Source: a virus
Taxonomy: Duplodnaviria > Caudoviricetes
Strand: one strand, 5' to 3'
DNA length: 64,000 nt
IMG/VR virus record: IMGVR_UViG_3300028833_000071
Shown here: in pieces, positions 48,746 to 58,844 of the stretch
Layout: every line of letters begins with the position of its first letter
Position numbering within the stretch: the first letter of the stretch is position 1
Translations under genes and position numbers: made by a program
The notes under the pieces: model-generated
Told to the model about the DNA's origin: nothing
Database searches by the model: none
The model's input: only the letters and a program-made list of their open reading frames with translations

Positions 48746-48975
48746 AAAAGATTTTTTGTGTTGAAAGATGGCTTAACGAAACAAAACCATCAAGAGACGG
48801 ATGGTTCTACGGAAACGAATGGTGGAAAATCGGTAAGCTTTCATTCATTGAGGAATATGAAGACGAAGAATGTTTCAAAGAAACACTTACAAGAATGATT
48901 GACAGGGGCGAAATAGTAAGTAGAGTGTTTATCAAAATTGAACCTGATAATTATAAACCAAGAATAACACTTTAA
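48742..48975 (+). CDS. Hypothetical protein
   Basis: Coupled ORF. Confidence 0.55.
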   Translation: MKKIFCVERWLNETKPSRDGWFYGNEWWKIGKLSFIEEYEDEECFKETLTRMIDRGEIVSRVFIKIEPDNYKPRITL

Positions 48976-49175
48976 TCCATTTAATACTAATATAGCAATG
49001 AGTATGTTTTCAACATTGCTTGCACTTCAAACATTATATTTGATTGACAAGCACAAAAAAGAAGAAGAGGAAGAAGACAACAAAGAAAAAGACGATGATG
49101 ATTTTTTCTAATCCATAAAAAAGTTTGGCACGGTTTTTGATGTATATTGTTGTGTAAATTTTAATTTATCATATT

Positions 49176-49433
49176 ATGATTACAAGAGAAGAAGCAAGAC
49201 AAAAAGCAATTGAAAGTATCAACGACATCATCAGAAAAGAGGGCGGTGATGCCATAATGATGAAATCCCCAAGAATGGGAAAATGTTCATGGACCAACAA
49301 CGAGGTCAAACAAGCCATCCTTGACGATAGAAACCTGCTTGAATACGATGGTACTGAAGTCAAAGGAACCAACCCCGTTGACATGTACTACGATTATATG
49401 AAGTATGCCGAAGAACATCACCTTAATAATTAA
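49176..49433 (+). CDS. Hypothetical protein
   Basis: Behind sigma54-like motif 49124. Confidence 0.65.
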   Translation: MITREEARQKAIESINDIIRKEGGDAIMMKSPRMGKCSWTNNEVKQAILDDRNLLEYDGTEVKGTNPVDMYYDYMKYAEEHHLNN

Positions 49434-49437
49434 TTCC

Positions 49438-49854
49438 ATGAATAAAGACAACCTTAAAATTCAACTTAGAGCAGTGCCATTTGGAAATTACAGCAGAGCA
49501 CTCGAATATCGCATAGACCCCGAACAAGAACTTACCTACGAAAAAGAACCATCAAACTTCTTTGAACGTATCCTGAAGAAATTGGGGCTTAAACTCATCA
49601 GAACATACAACACAAGTTGGAAACAACCAAGAAAGTTCTCCAACCCATTAACCATGGAACTGTACGATTTCTATGATGATTTTAATTGGGGACCTATATG
49701 GTGCGATAACCAAGACAGCCTTGACTACTACAAAAGAATGTTCAAGACATATAAAGACCTCCAAGATTACCTTACGGAAGTCAATACCAAAGGATATGAA
49801 GAATGGAAAAAGGCAAGAACCGAATATTTGAACAAACATAAAACATTATATTAA
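49438..49854 (+). CDS. Hypothetical protein
   Basis: ORF in operon. Confidence 0.65.
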   Translation: MNKDNLKIQLRAVPFGNYSRALEYRIDPEQELTYEKEPSNFFERILKKLGLKLIRTYNTSWKQPRKFSNPLTMELYDFYDDFNWGPIWCDNQDSLDYYKRMFKTYKDLQDYLTEVNTKGYEEWKKARTEYLNKHKTLY

Positions 49855-49880
49855 CCATGTACATTTACAGAGACTGAAGT

Positions 49881-50339
49881 ATGAAAAACAATGAAAAGAA
49901 AATAACACCGTTAAGCAAGTTTCCAACAGAAGCGTTGGTTATGAACTATCGTAGGCATAGGGTATGCAGAACAAGAATGCCTTGGCTGTCATATAGAACC
50001 TACAATAAGATTACTTGTAATTACGATTATTGGGTTCCTGTTGAAGGCAAACTCGAAACCGATAAAGGTACTTTTGATTGCATCATATCATACAAAAAAG
50101 TGTCACTACAAGAGTTAAGAGACAATTTTACCGAAATCAAAGGCGACATTTGGAAAGTAAGCAATAACGGATGGTTCTCTTTTACAGATGAGTTAGAGTT
50201 CAATTTTAATGGAATGTATTGGAGAGGCACTATTGATGAAATTAAATCAGAACTGGCCAAACGACCCCATGTACCACTGAAAGGTAAAAAAGACTTCAGA
50301 CGATGGAAAATGAAATATAAAAAGTCATTAAAAAATTGA
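49881..50339 (+). CDS. Hypothetical protein
   Basis: ORF in operon. Confidence 0.65.
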   Translation: MKNNEKKITPLSKFPTEALVMNYRRHRVCRTRMPWLSYRTYNKITCNYDYWVPVEGKLETDKGTFDCIISYKKVSLQELRDNFTEIKGDIWKVSNNGWFSFTDELEFNFNGMYWRGTIDEIKSELAKRPHVPLKGKKDFRRWKMKYKKSLKN

Positions 50340-50343
50340 AATT

Positions 50344-50611
50344 ATGGGACAAAAAAAATATAAAGTAGGCGATACTTTCAAGCCTAAAAGAAGTAGAGTT
50401 GAATATACCGTTGTAGCAACTTTCCGAGGTGAGCTTTATCGCAAGAAACGATTACACATCGTATTGGAACGAGACAGGTGAAAAGACCTATGGCCGATTA
50501 AGAATTGAACAACTTGAAAAGGTTCTTAGCTCAGTGTTCCTCAAGGACACCCATATCAATCTCGAAGAAACACCTGAGTTGTACGGACTTACAATCAATG
50601 AAAATTATTAA
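50344..50611 (+). pseudogene. Probable frameshifted small gene
   Basis: MGQKKYKVGDTF..VVAT continues as EVSFIARND in the +1 frame at ACTTTCCGAG. Confidence 0.5.
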
Positions 50612-50613
50612 TT

Positions 50614-50889
50614 ATGAATTCACAAGAAAAATACGAAATAGACTGTGTTCTTCCAGAACTTGAAAAATTGAATGACTTTTTTAAGTATTCAATAACTGAG
50701 AAACTTCCGAATGCAACACATGGGTCATTTGGGCAGACAAGTACGTTTTTTGGTAATGTTATACAATATTGCCGTTTCAACATACCTGCATCAGCAATGA
50801 AACTTATATATGACCACAACAAAGAATCCATTGAATATAAAATAGAAGAATTGAGAGAATTGAAGAAAAAAAACGAAGAAACTAAATAA
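50614..50889 (+). CDS. Hypothetical protein
   Basis: ORF. Confidence 0.6.
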   Translation: MNSQEKYEIDCVLPELEKLNDFFKYSITEKLPNATHGSFGQTSTFFGNVIQYCRFNIPASAMKLIYDHNKESIEYKIEELRELKKKNEETK

Positions 50890-50907
50890 CTAACATTGGG
50901 GTGTGGT

Positions 50908-50967
50908 CTGACATACTCCCACGATTGAAATCGTGGGGTTCTTAACTTTTTTAAGAACTTGTATTTG
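50908..50967 (-). mobile_element. Solo right end of the tnpB element
   Basis: CTGACATACTCCCACGATTGAAATCGTGGGGTTCTTAA identical to 23662-23699, similarity continues about 20 nt. Confidence 0.85.
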
Positions 50968-51045
50968 TAAAAAATGGTTTGAGATACTTGAATAGTTTGG
51001 CACGGTTTTTGATAGGCTAAAAGTAGAATATTAAAAATTAAAATT

Positions 51046-51432
51046 ATGGAAGAAGCATTTGTAAAATTTGAAACGGCATTGTTGTTAAAAAGTAAGGGTT
51101 TTAACTGGCCAGTACAAAGGTTTTATGACAAAAATGGAAACATTTGTGCAAAATATTGTGATTATAGTGATGGAAAAGGTTGGGATTCGTTCATAAAATG
51201 TCCAACTCAGGAAATGGTCATGGATTGGTTTCGTACCAACTACAAAATTCATATTTCACCTTACTATACAAGTATTGGTTGGTATTATGAAATTTTTAAT
51301 TTGAACTGTTGCGACATCACTGGCTGTGAACCGTTTTATAGAGTTGGCATTCCTTCAAAGGAACTAACAAAAGAAACTTGTAAAGAAGCCATTGAAGAAG
51401 CTATTAAACATACGCTTGAACATTTAATTTAA
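51046..51432 (+). CDS. Phage protein, FETAxLLKxKGF family
   Basis: Paralog of 59451..59909. Confidence 0.7.
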   Translation: MEEAFVKFETALLLKSKGFNWPVQRFYDKNGNICAKYCDYSDGKGWDSFIKCPTQEMVMDWFRTNYKIHISPYYTSIGWYYEIFNLNCCDITGCEPFYRVGIPSKELTKETCKEAIEEAIKHTLEHLI

Positions 51433-51475
51433 CGGAACTGCACAAAATTAAATATAAATAATTAAAATTTGAATT

Positions 51476-52084
51476 ATGGTTACACTTGAAAACGTAAGAG
51501 AGCTTAACGATTTGCACAATCTACCAAAATACATTCTTGTCAATAAGAATATCCTGTTGGATTATAGATTAACTGATGCTCTTAAAGCGACAGAGAAAAA
51601 TCCAAGAAACCGTACATATGACTTTGATGTTTTTCTGCCAAAGTACGGAATTAACCTACAGCGTCCTTATGTGTGGGAACATTACCAACAGAGTGAGTTT
51701 ATTTTCTCTATTCTGTTCGAGAAGCCACTTGAGCCCGTTGTAATCGTTCAACACGCGTTTAACTACGATGTCAGAAGCGAAAGCATCAACTATGTTATTG
51801 ATGGTAAACAACGTCTTATGACTATTCAGAAATTCCTTAGAAATGAATTCTCAATCAATATCAATGGACAAGACTGCTATTTCAAGGATTTTGATGATAA
51901 ACTTCAACGGTTCTTTGAAACAAGGGCAAATAGTATGACCGCATTGGTTTATTATTCATATCCTGACATTCCTGTTACTGACGATATGAAGATTTACCTG
52001 TTTAATTTCTACAATTTCTCAGGTACACCACAAACCGAAGAACATAAAAACAAATTACAATCATTGTTAAATTCTAAAATTTAA
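51476..52084 (+). CDS. DUF262/ParB-like domain protein
   Basis: LQRPYVW, FIFSIL, VIDGKQRL. Confidence 0.8.
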   Translation: MVTLENVRELNDLHNLPKYILVNKNILLDYRLTDALKATEKNPRNRTYDFDVFLPKYGINLQRPYVWEHYQQSEFIFSILFEKPLEPVVIVQHAFNYDVRSESINYVIDGKQRLMTIQKFLRNEFSININGQDCYFKDFDDKLQRFFETRANSMTALVYYSYPDIPVTDDMKIYLFNFYNFSGTPQTEEHKNKLQSLLNSKI

Positions 52085-52265
52085 ATTAAAATGGAGACAA
52101 TTACTTTTAAAGAAGATTATGAAAGTATAAAATTAATCACAAATTATGGTGAATATGTGATTGTTCAAGAACCTGATGGTTTAAAAATTGTTGAAATTTC
52201 CAATAACTCTGTTATTTCAATAATGCCAAGAACAGCAAATAGTATAACAATTAAAAAAATATAGC

Positions 52266-52532
52266 ATGGAAAAATACATTGTTAAAATACCAAAAGTTGG
52301 TACTTTAATTGATAATGGCATAGGCGATTGTTATCTGTCTAAATGGCAGCAAGACTTAATGATTGAAAGTGCTAAACAACAATGGGAAGAAACTATACAA
52401 TGTCCCAAAACACTTATTAGTGAATTTAAGTGTGACAATAATCATATACCACCATGTTATATTGACTATCATCTCATTGATAATCCATATTATGGATGGA
52501 AGAAAGAACAACTTAAAATTATTATTGGTTAA
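52266..52532 (+). CDS. Hypothetical protein
   Basis: ORF. Confidence 0.5.
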   Translation: MEKYIVKIPKVGTLIDNGIGDCYLSKWQQDLMIESAKQQWEETIQCPKTLISEFKCDNNHIPPCYIDYHLIDNPYYGWKKEQLKIIIG

Positions 52533-52547
52533 TATAAAATTTTAAAC

Positions 52548-53009
52548 ATGGAAAATGATACTCAGATAACCGAATTGGCAAAAAAATTCATGGATGAAAT
52601 TCTGTATGATTGTTTTTTTGTTAATAAATACACCCCATTTGTTGAAAAAACGCATTATGGGCCATGGCTTAATAAATTAGAAGAAACATTAAAGCCATTA
52701 GTTGAAACATTAGGTATTGATTTTTTTGACGATGAAGTAATTGCTACTTTTTCGTGGGGTCATGAGATGGCTTGCCGAAAATATATTAGACAACATGAAT
52801 GCTTACGAGCATTAGCCAATGTTTTAAATGATTATTTTATTTATTTATGCAGCTTACCAGCATCTTCAGAAAATGAAAATTATAATCAAGATAAAAAACT
52901 TTTAATGGATTATACCGAATGGCTTAATAAAAGAGGTTTTTTTAACGATAATCTTCAATGTGACTTTGTGCATCAAATTGATACTTTTTTAAAACAATTT
53001 GCAGAATAA
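52548..53009 (+). CDS. Hypothetical protein
   Basis: ORF. Confidence 0.65.
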   Translation: MENDTQITELAKKFMDEILYDCFFVNKYTPFVEKTHYGPWLNKLEETLKPLVETLGIDFFDDEVIATFSWGHEMACRKYIRQHECLRALANVLNDYFIYLCSLPASSENENYNQDKKLLMDYTEWLNKRGFFNDNLQCDFVHQIDTFLKQFAE

Positions 53010-53016
53010 TTGAAAT

Positions 53017-53038
53017 TTTGGCATAGTTTTTGTATATT
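53017..53038 (+). promoter_or_regulatory. sigma54-like motif fused to TTGTATATT
   Basis: TTTGGCATA-GTTT-TTGTATATT. Confidence 0.7.
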
Positions 53039-53066
53039 AGAAATTAGAATTTAAAAATGTATATTT

Positions 53067-53276
53067 ATGAAAGAGTTTAAACATTTGTACAATTTTGGTG
53101 ATTTAGTAAAAATACAATTAAAAAAATCAACTCGTATAGGAATAATAGTCGGAATTGTTTTTTCCGCTAAGGAAGATGGTTATGAACCTGTATACAAATG
53201 CCATTCAGAAGACGACCAATTGGCATTTTATTTTAAAGATGTTAAAGAAGACCAAATAATTGAAAAACTTAATTAA
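53067..53276 (+). CDS. Small SH3/KOW-like protein
   Basis: YNFGDLV..GIIVGI. Confidence 0.55.
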   Translation: MKEFKHLYNFGDLVKIQLKKSTRIGIIVGIVFSAKEDGYEPVYKCHSEDDQLAFYFKDVKEDQIIEKLN

Positions 53277-53277
53277 C

Positions 53278-54006
53278 ATGAAACCATTTGATTTACAAGA
53301 ATACCTTGAGAATAAGGAACATAAGATTGCCACTAGAGACGGAAGACCTGTAAGAATTATATGTACCGATAGCCCCATACCTGATTATCCAATTGTTGGT
53401 TTTATTGGTGAAGAGTTATGTATATGGACACTTTATGGCCATTATTTTTGTAATACATTAAATAGTGAAAGCGATAAAGACCTTTTCTTTGTTGAAGATG
53501 AATATAAACTTTTACCTGAATGGACTCTTGAGGCTATAAGAGTTGCAATCAATAACCCTAATATACCATATGAGAGTAGAAAGATTTACTCCGAAAAAGT
53601 TCTTCCATTTGTGGAGTCTTTGTTATCTAATTCAACTGATAGTAAATCTGAAAATATTACAAAAATTGATGATGAATTGAAATTAATGATAGCAGACATC
53701 AAAAATGGTGATTTTGTTAAAGATGATTTTGAATTTTGGTATGCAAGACTTTTAGAATGTGCTAATAAAGACGAATGGGAGAATGGCCATGATGTTGGTT
53801 TTGAGGAAGGTAAAAATACAATTTTAAAGAATATACCAGAATGGAAATACAACAAAAACGGTGCTTTTGGCGTTGGTGGGTCAGTGCAGGACCTTTATTT
53901 AATCAGAACAAGTCCTGGATATTATTACTTATCATCCTGTGTAGGCCCTGATACAACTTACATTGAACTCGAAGAAATTGAAAAACTATTAAATAGAAAT
54001 AAATAA
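53278..54006 (+). CDS. Mosaic hypothetical protein
   Basis: MKPFDL..TRDGRPVRIICTD module. Confidence 0.7.
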   Translation: MKPFDLQEYLENKEHKIATRDGRPVRIICTDSPIPDYPIVGFIGEELCIWTLYGHYFCNTLNSESDKDLFFVEDEYKLLPEWTLEAIRVAINNPNIPYESRKIYSEKVLPFVESLLSNSTDSKSENITKIDDELKLMIADIKNGDFVKDDFEFWYARLLECANKDEWENGHDVGFEEGKNTILKNIPEWKYNKNGAFGVGGSVQDLYLIRTSPGYYYLSSCVGPDTTYIELEEIEKLLNRNK

Positions 54007-54065
54007 AACAAATTAGTGTGTAATTATAAAATTCAAAAATAAATGAAAAATTTAACAATTTGTGA

Positions 54066-54473
54066 GTGACTATGAAATACGATGAATATATGGATAAAGA
54101 ATGCATTCATGTCTGTGATGCATTGAATGAACTTCCAGATGTAAGAACATTCGAGTCTTGTTGCGGTCATCTGAAAAGAAGATATGTTGTGTATCTTTAC
54201 ACAGACAACCCATATTCAATGGCTGTCATTGCAAGAGCTTTAGATAGAAGGTATCTGCCAACAAAATTACGTTGGGAAACAACGATTGAAACAATAGATG
54301 TGGAGAGAACGCCGCAGTTCTGTATTGGCATATATTCGGAAGATACATTTGAAGATTATGAGACGATGATGCATGATGTCAATGAAGTGACTGATTCAAT
54401 AAGATATTGGGCACAACCAGAGTTTTATGAACACTTCAAGTTCAACAAGTACAATAAAAAAGATAAAGCATAA
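54066..54473 (+). CDS. Paralog of 17116..17550
   Basis: Near-identical sequence. Confidence 0.75.
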   Translation: MTMKYDEYMDKECIHVCDALNELPDVRTFESCCGHLKRRYVVYLYTDNPYSMAVIARALDRRYLPTKLRWETTIETIDVERTPQFCIGIYSEDTFEDYETMMHDVNEVTDSIRYWAQPEFYEHFKFNKYNKKDKA

Positions 54474-54477
54474 AAAA

Positions 54478-54654
54478 ATGAAATTCTATCATGGCACATC
54501 TATAGAAAACTATATTACTATCCAGAAAGAAGGTATGCTTTATGGAAGACGAGTTGGCATTAACGGCAAAGAGATTAATAGATGCACCTATCTTACTACA
54601 GATATTGATTCAGATGATTTGTCTTATGCTTTAACCAAAACAATGGAGGAATAA
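54478..54654 (+). pseudogene. Truncated ART/Tpt1-like domain
   Basis: FYHGTS..IQKEG..YLT, only 58 aa. Confidence 0.55.
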
Positions 54655-54657
54655 AAT

Positions 54658-54861
54658 ATGAGAGAATTAGGCTTATTTATGTTAGGAGCATTTCTTAGCA
54701 TATGCTTTGGAACACTTTTTTATGCATTAATTAATTTACATAATCCTTCTCCGATTGATTATGCCAATGAATTTATAAATTCAACAGAATACACAATAGA
54801 TACCACTATGATGATTCATAATAACGATACAATGTATTACTATAAATTTGTTAAGATATGA
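54658..54861 (+). CDS. Small membrane protein
   Basis: TM helix. Confidence 0.55.
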   Translation: MRELGLFMLGAFLSICFGTLFYALINLHNPSPIDYANEFINSTEYTIDTTMMIHNNDTMYYYKFVKI

Positions 54862-55551
54862 TAGTACTTTATGTGTTTTTAATATTATTAGGGACAATAG
54901 TATATTTATTTGGAATGTTTTACACGTTGGAAACAATGAGTGATAAGGATATTAAATCCGGTGCCATAGTGGTATTGTTTACTATGTTGCCCGTGTTTAA
55001 CATCATTTATCCATTTATATATGGAAACGAAATAAAAGAAGATTTTAAAAAAATGTTTAAAAAATGATGATGATATTTTTGTCAATAGTATTACTTGTTC
55101 TATATTTTATATTTGTTGTTTGGACCGCAAGTATATTGGTGGACTTGGAGGTTTCCGATTTTGTCTTGGTATTGTTCTCAATAATACCAATATTCAATGC
55201 CATTTATCCTTTTGCTGTTTTAGGCCGTGAAGGGTTAAAAGATTTATTTAAAACTATTAAAAATGATATATTAACCGTAATAATTAAAACTATTAAAAAT
55301 GATATATTAACCGTAATAAAAAGTTTAAAGAAATGACAGCAGATTTTATATTTTTATTGATTCTATTGATATTTGGTGTGGCAATATACATGGTCGGACT
55401 ACTTTCTACTTTGGACACAATATATGCAAAAAATGTCACATCATTTTTTGTTGCAATGATGTTCGCGGCGATTCCTGTGTTTAACATAGTGTATCCGCTT
55501 ATATACGGAATTGAATTAAAAGAAGAAATTAAAAAAGTATTCAAGAAATGA
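54858..55551 (+). other. Three tandem paralogous small membrane proteins (54858..55067, 55064..55336, 55333..55551)
   Basis: Shared P(V/I)FN.(I/V)YP motif; 36-bp tandem duplication near 55249-55319. Confidence 0.7.
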
Positions 55552-56261
55552 CGGACAAAGAAAAATTACAAAAAATTAAACATGAACTTGAAGTGAGATT
55601 GGATGTTCTTCTTGAAAGAAGACAAGATTTAAGCATAAATCAAGATTTTCTAACGGGTTCTATTGATGCCTATGAAGCATTGCTTAGATTCTTAAATTCA
55701 CTTTTATATGAACCCAAATTCAAAGTGGGTGATAAATTAATTAGCACCAAAAACCCTCATTTAACTTACGATGTATTAGAAGTTGGTCATGTCAATGTAT
55801 TAGGTAATATCGAATATAAAGTAGAAATATTTGAAGATGGCAAATCTGGTATTCAATTTGCGAATACCTTTGAGGAACATAATATTCAATTAATAGAATG
55901 CAAAAAGATTGATAAATGGGCCCAACTCATATCAGAACATAATTTTGACTTGGAAGAAGAAATCAAGAAATGGATAAGACATTACATAAATGTTTTGGAT
56001 AATAATTTAACGATTGATTTAAGGGATATTGATGTGGTAGCTCGGCACTTCGCTAAATGGCAGAAAAAGAAAGACCAAGAGGAAATGCTGAAAGGTGCTG
56101 TTCTTGAAACAAAAGTAATGATGGATTGTGATGGTGATGGAATTGATACGCCTTATGAAGAATGGCTTACATTGGAAAACACTGAGATACCGTTTATTCC
56201 AAATAACTTTGGATTAAAAGAAGGGGATAAAGTAAAAATCATAATAGTAAAGGAGGATTAA
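55548..56261 (+). CDS. Mosaic hypothetical protein
   Basis: MTDKEKLQ start shared with 56265; PKFKVGD module. Confidence 0.7.
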   Translation: MTDKEKLQKIKHELEVRLDVLLERRQDLSINQDFLTGSIDAYEALLRFLNSLLYEPKFKVGDKLISTKNPHLTYDVLEVGHVNVLGNIEYKVEIFEDGKSGIQFANTFEEHNIQLIECKKIDKWAQLISEHNFDLEEEIKKWIRHYINVLDNNLTIDLRDIDVVARHFAKWQKKKDQEEMLKGAVLETKVMMDCDGDGIDTPYEEWLTLENTEIPFIPNNFGLKEGDKVKIIIVKED

Positions 56262-56264
56262 ACT

Positions 56265-56645
56265 ATGACGGACAAAGAAAAATTACAAGCAATCAAAGAA
56301 GAAATTGAAAAAGAGATTGAAAAAGGAAATCTGAAATGCCAGCAATCTCAGAAAAATTATGACTATGAAAGTTATGTAGCTTGGTCGGAACATATTGCCA
56401 CTTGCGGCAAGATGTTGATTTTCATCAACTCACTTACAGAAGAACCCGCAAGTGAAGATTTAAAAGAAAAAGCAAACGATAAAGAAAACACAAGTTTTTA
56501 TACGGTTTCAAATATTGAAACTTCCCATGAGCCAACAGAGCGGTCTAATGATGAAATACTTAGAATCTTCAATAAAAGAAGACCTTACTGCCCCTCGGAC
56601 TTTAAGAAGCAGCATTTTATTGAAAAATTACCAAAAGATATATAA
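56265..56645 (+). CDS. Hypothetical protein
   Basis: MTDKEKLQ start. Confidence 0.65.
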   Translation: MTDKEKLQAIKEEIEKEIEKGNLKCQQSQKNYDYESYVAWSEHIATCGKMLIFINSLTEEPASEDLKEKANDKENTSFYTVSNIETSHEPTERSNDEILRIFNKRRPYCPSDFKKQHFIEKLPKDI

Positions 56646-56657
56646 AAAAACTAAATT

Positions 56658-56933
56658 ATAGGAAAAAGAACAATTAAAATAAATGAGGAAGACATAAGAA
56701 ATATTGTTGCAGAAAGAAAGGAATTAATTTCTGAAATGGCAACTTTAAGAATGAAAGATAGTAATTTGCCAATGGATGTATGGCTTGATGAAGGTGCAAC
56801 TTATGTTGGTCACGCACCAAGACTTAAATTTAGAGCAAGCAATGGCCAAAGAACTACAAGAGAATTTTCATCCATGTTGCTAACAAATCCACCAAATATG
56901 ATAATTGACACAACCACCTCTAAACAATCTTGA
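56658..56933 (+). pseudogene. Decayed helix-tagged gene next to a TIR
   Basis: ATA (for ATG) GKRTIKINEEDIRNIVAE..LISE in frame with MATLRMKDSNLP; ends early. Confidence 0.6.
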
Positions 56934-56956
56934 CATATTTTTGCAGGTGGTTTTAT

Positions 56957-56980
56957 TGTGCCATCAAATATATAATCTCC
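56957..56980 (-). mobile_element. Solo TIR
   Basis: Reverse complement GGAGATTATATATTTGATGGCACA followed by A-run. Confidence 0.7.
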
Positions 56981-56999
56981 AAAAATAAACTTTTAAACG

Positions 57000-57308
57000 A
57001 TGGAAAACATTTATATAGACCCCTTATCCTCAGATGCACATAATCCAATACAAAATTATGATACTTTAATTGAAAGAATGTGCTCCGTTCTTGAATATGA
57101 AGATAAAAAACGAGAAGAATCCCGAAAAAGAAAGCAAAATAACATAAAGGCTTTTAAAGAAATAGAGGAAAAACTATCTTGCCCGCCATCCAAAGCATTT
57201 GAATATTTTGCCCTGAAAGCCATAAATGATATACCATTCGGCTCAACAGAATATGATAACATTGTTAATGATTTAACAGAAGAAGAAAGAAATTTATTAA
57301 AATTATAA
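57000..57308 (+). CDS. Hypothetical protein
   Basis: ORF. Confidence 0.6.
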   Translation: MENIYIDPLSSDAHNPIQNYDTLIERMCSVLEYEDKKREESRKRKQNNIKAFKEIEEKLSCPPSKAFEYFALKAINDIPFGSTEYDNIVNDLTEEERNLLKL

Positions 57309-57313
57309 TTACA

Positions 57314-58159
57314 ATGGAAAAACTGATACAAAACACGATTGAAGATTTCCTTGCAGATTTTCATAATCTGGAAATAGAAAATGACATTAAAATCAATGAA
57401 CTTAATAATGATATTATTAAGGAAATTTTAATTGAATTCTTTAATAAGAAAACATTTTCAGAAGCGGATGAATACTATTATCAATCATTAGATGATTATG
57501 TGACGGGTAAAAATGAGCATATCAATTGGAATCTTGATAGAAAAGAAGTTGAGCAAACAATTGAATATAAGAGATGGAAAAGATACAGCACAATTTCAAG
57601 AATTTGGTATGTATGCCGTAGGAATAATAATCTATCACAATGTTGGACTAAAATAAATGGCAAAACGCATACAGATGAAGAAGCGGCTAAAATAGCATCT
57701 GACAAATGGTGTGAATTGCTATTTGGATGGCATCTTCAAGACAATGGGGCCCTGAATGAAACACATGGTGGCGGCTTTCCTGCTTGTGCTCTTGGAACAA
57801 TCCTTGCCGAGGAATCTAAAAAAAATATAACCGAGGATATGAAACAAAAAGCCCATGAACTTCTTCAAGAATACTATAAAAGATTAATCCACTACAGTAA
57901 TACAGGAGATTATAAAGACATTGAATGGCTTAAAACAACCCTGAAACCAATAAAGGAAGAATATGATTGGAAATTTGGATTTGACGACGATATGTATTGT
58001 GACTATAATCCATGTTGGGCCCTCTACATAATCCTCGAAAATGCAGGAATACCCGAAAGAGTTATTGACAATATCTGTCCATGGAAAACGGGAATATCCA
58101 TAAGAATTGACGATAATGCTGTTATGTATAATACATATCAATCTCGTAAAGAATTATGA
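57314..58159 (+). CDS. Paralog of 47912..48745
   Basis: Colinear similarity. Confidence 0.75.
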   Translation: MEKLIQNTIEDFLADFHNLEIENDIKINELNNDIIKEILIEFFNKKTFSEADEYYYQSLDDYVTGKNEHINWNLDRKEVEQTIEYKRWKRYSTISRIWYVCRRNNNLSQCWTKINGKTHTDEEAAKIASDKWCELLFGWHLQDNGALNETHGGGFPACALGTILAEESKKNITEDMKQKAHELLQEYYKRLIHYSNTGDYKDIEWLKTTLKPIKEEYDWKFGFDDDMYCDYNPCWALYIILENAGIPERVIDNICPWKTGISIRIDDNAVMYNTYQSRKEL

Positions 58160-58238
58160 TTAACGTTTAATAATATATTCTATATCTAAATAATTAAAAT
58201 ATTTTTTGTATATTTTATCTAAACAAATAATTTAAATT

Positions 58239-58691
58239 ATGAAAATAACTACTTGCGCATTGGTAATAATTAACAAGGACGGTGATATACTCGCTTGCCA
58301 TGGATATGGAAAACCAAAAGAAAACGGTTACGATTTTCCTAAAGGCTGTTATGACGAAAATACAGATAAAGACCACCTTTCAACAGCCCTCAGAGAACTT
58401 AAAGAAGAAACCGGCATAATATTAAATCCATGTAATGATAATATATCAATAATAGACGCAGGTATACACCCTCATACCAAGCATAAAGATATACATATAT
58501 TCATTTACAAAACAGATACCTTTCCCGATATTAATGCCCTTAAATGTACTTCCTTCTTCATAGATAAACACGGAAACCAAAAACCTGAAATGGATTACTT
58601 CTCCATCATACATAAACAAGATAGAAATAAATATTTCTACCATGTACTACAAAATAAATTTCAACTAATTGATAACTTAAACGAAAAATAA
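58239..58691 (+). CDS. Nudix hydrolase
   Basis: FPKG..TALRELKEETG Nudix box. Confidence 0.9.
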   Translation: MKITTCALVIINKDGDILACHGYGKPKENGYDFPKGCYDENTDKDHLSTALRELKEETGIILNPCNDNISIIDAGIHPHTKHKDIHIFIYKTDTFPDINALKCTSFFIDKHGNQKPEMDYFSIIHKQDRNKYFYHVLQNKFQLIDNLNEK

Positions 58692-58844
58692 CAATGAATA
58701 TACTTGTAACATTTTTAACACTATTTTTTGTACAAATAATAATCGGAATGATTGCAGTCATTAATGATGATTCTGATTCTATAGATGATGATTATTATTG
58801 GAAAAATTAAGAAAACTTTATACTTGATAATACAAAAATAATTT

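Noticed and set aside
45881-51012. TTTGGCACGGTTTTTGA repeats as integron-like attC cassette sites
   Set aside because: No palindromic structure or integrase; fixed orientation, spacing and consensus fit promoters.
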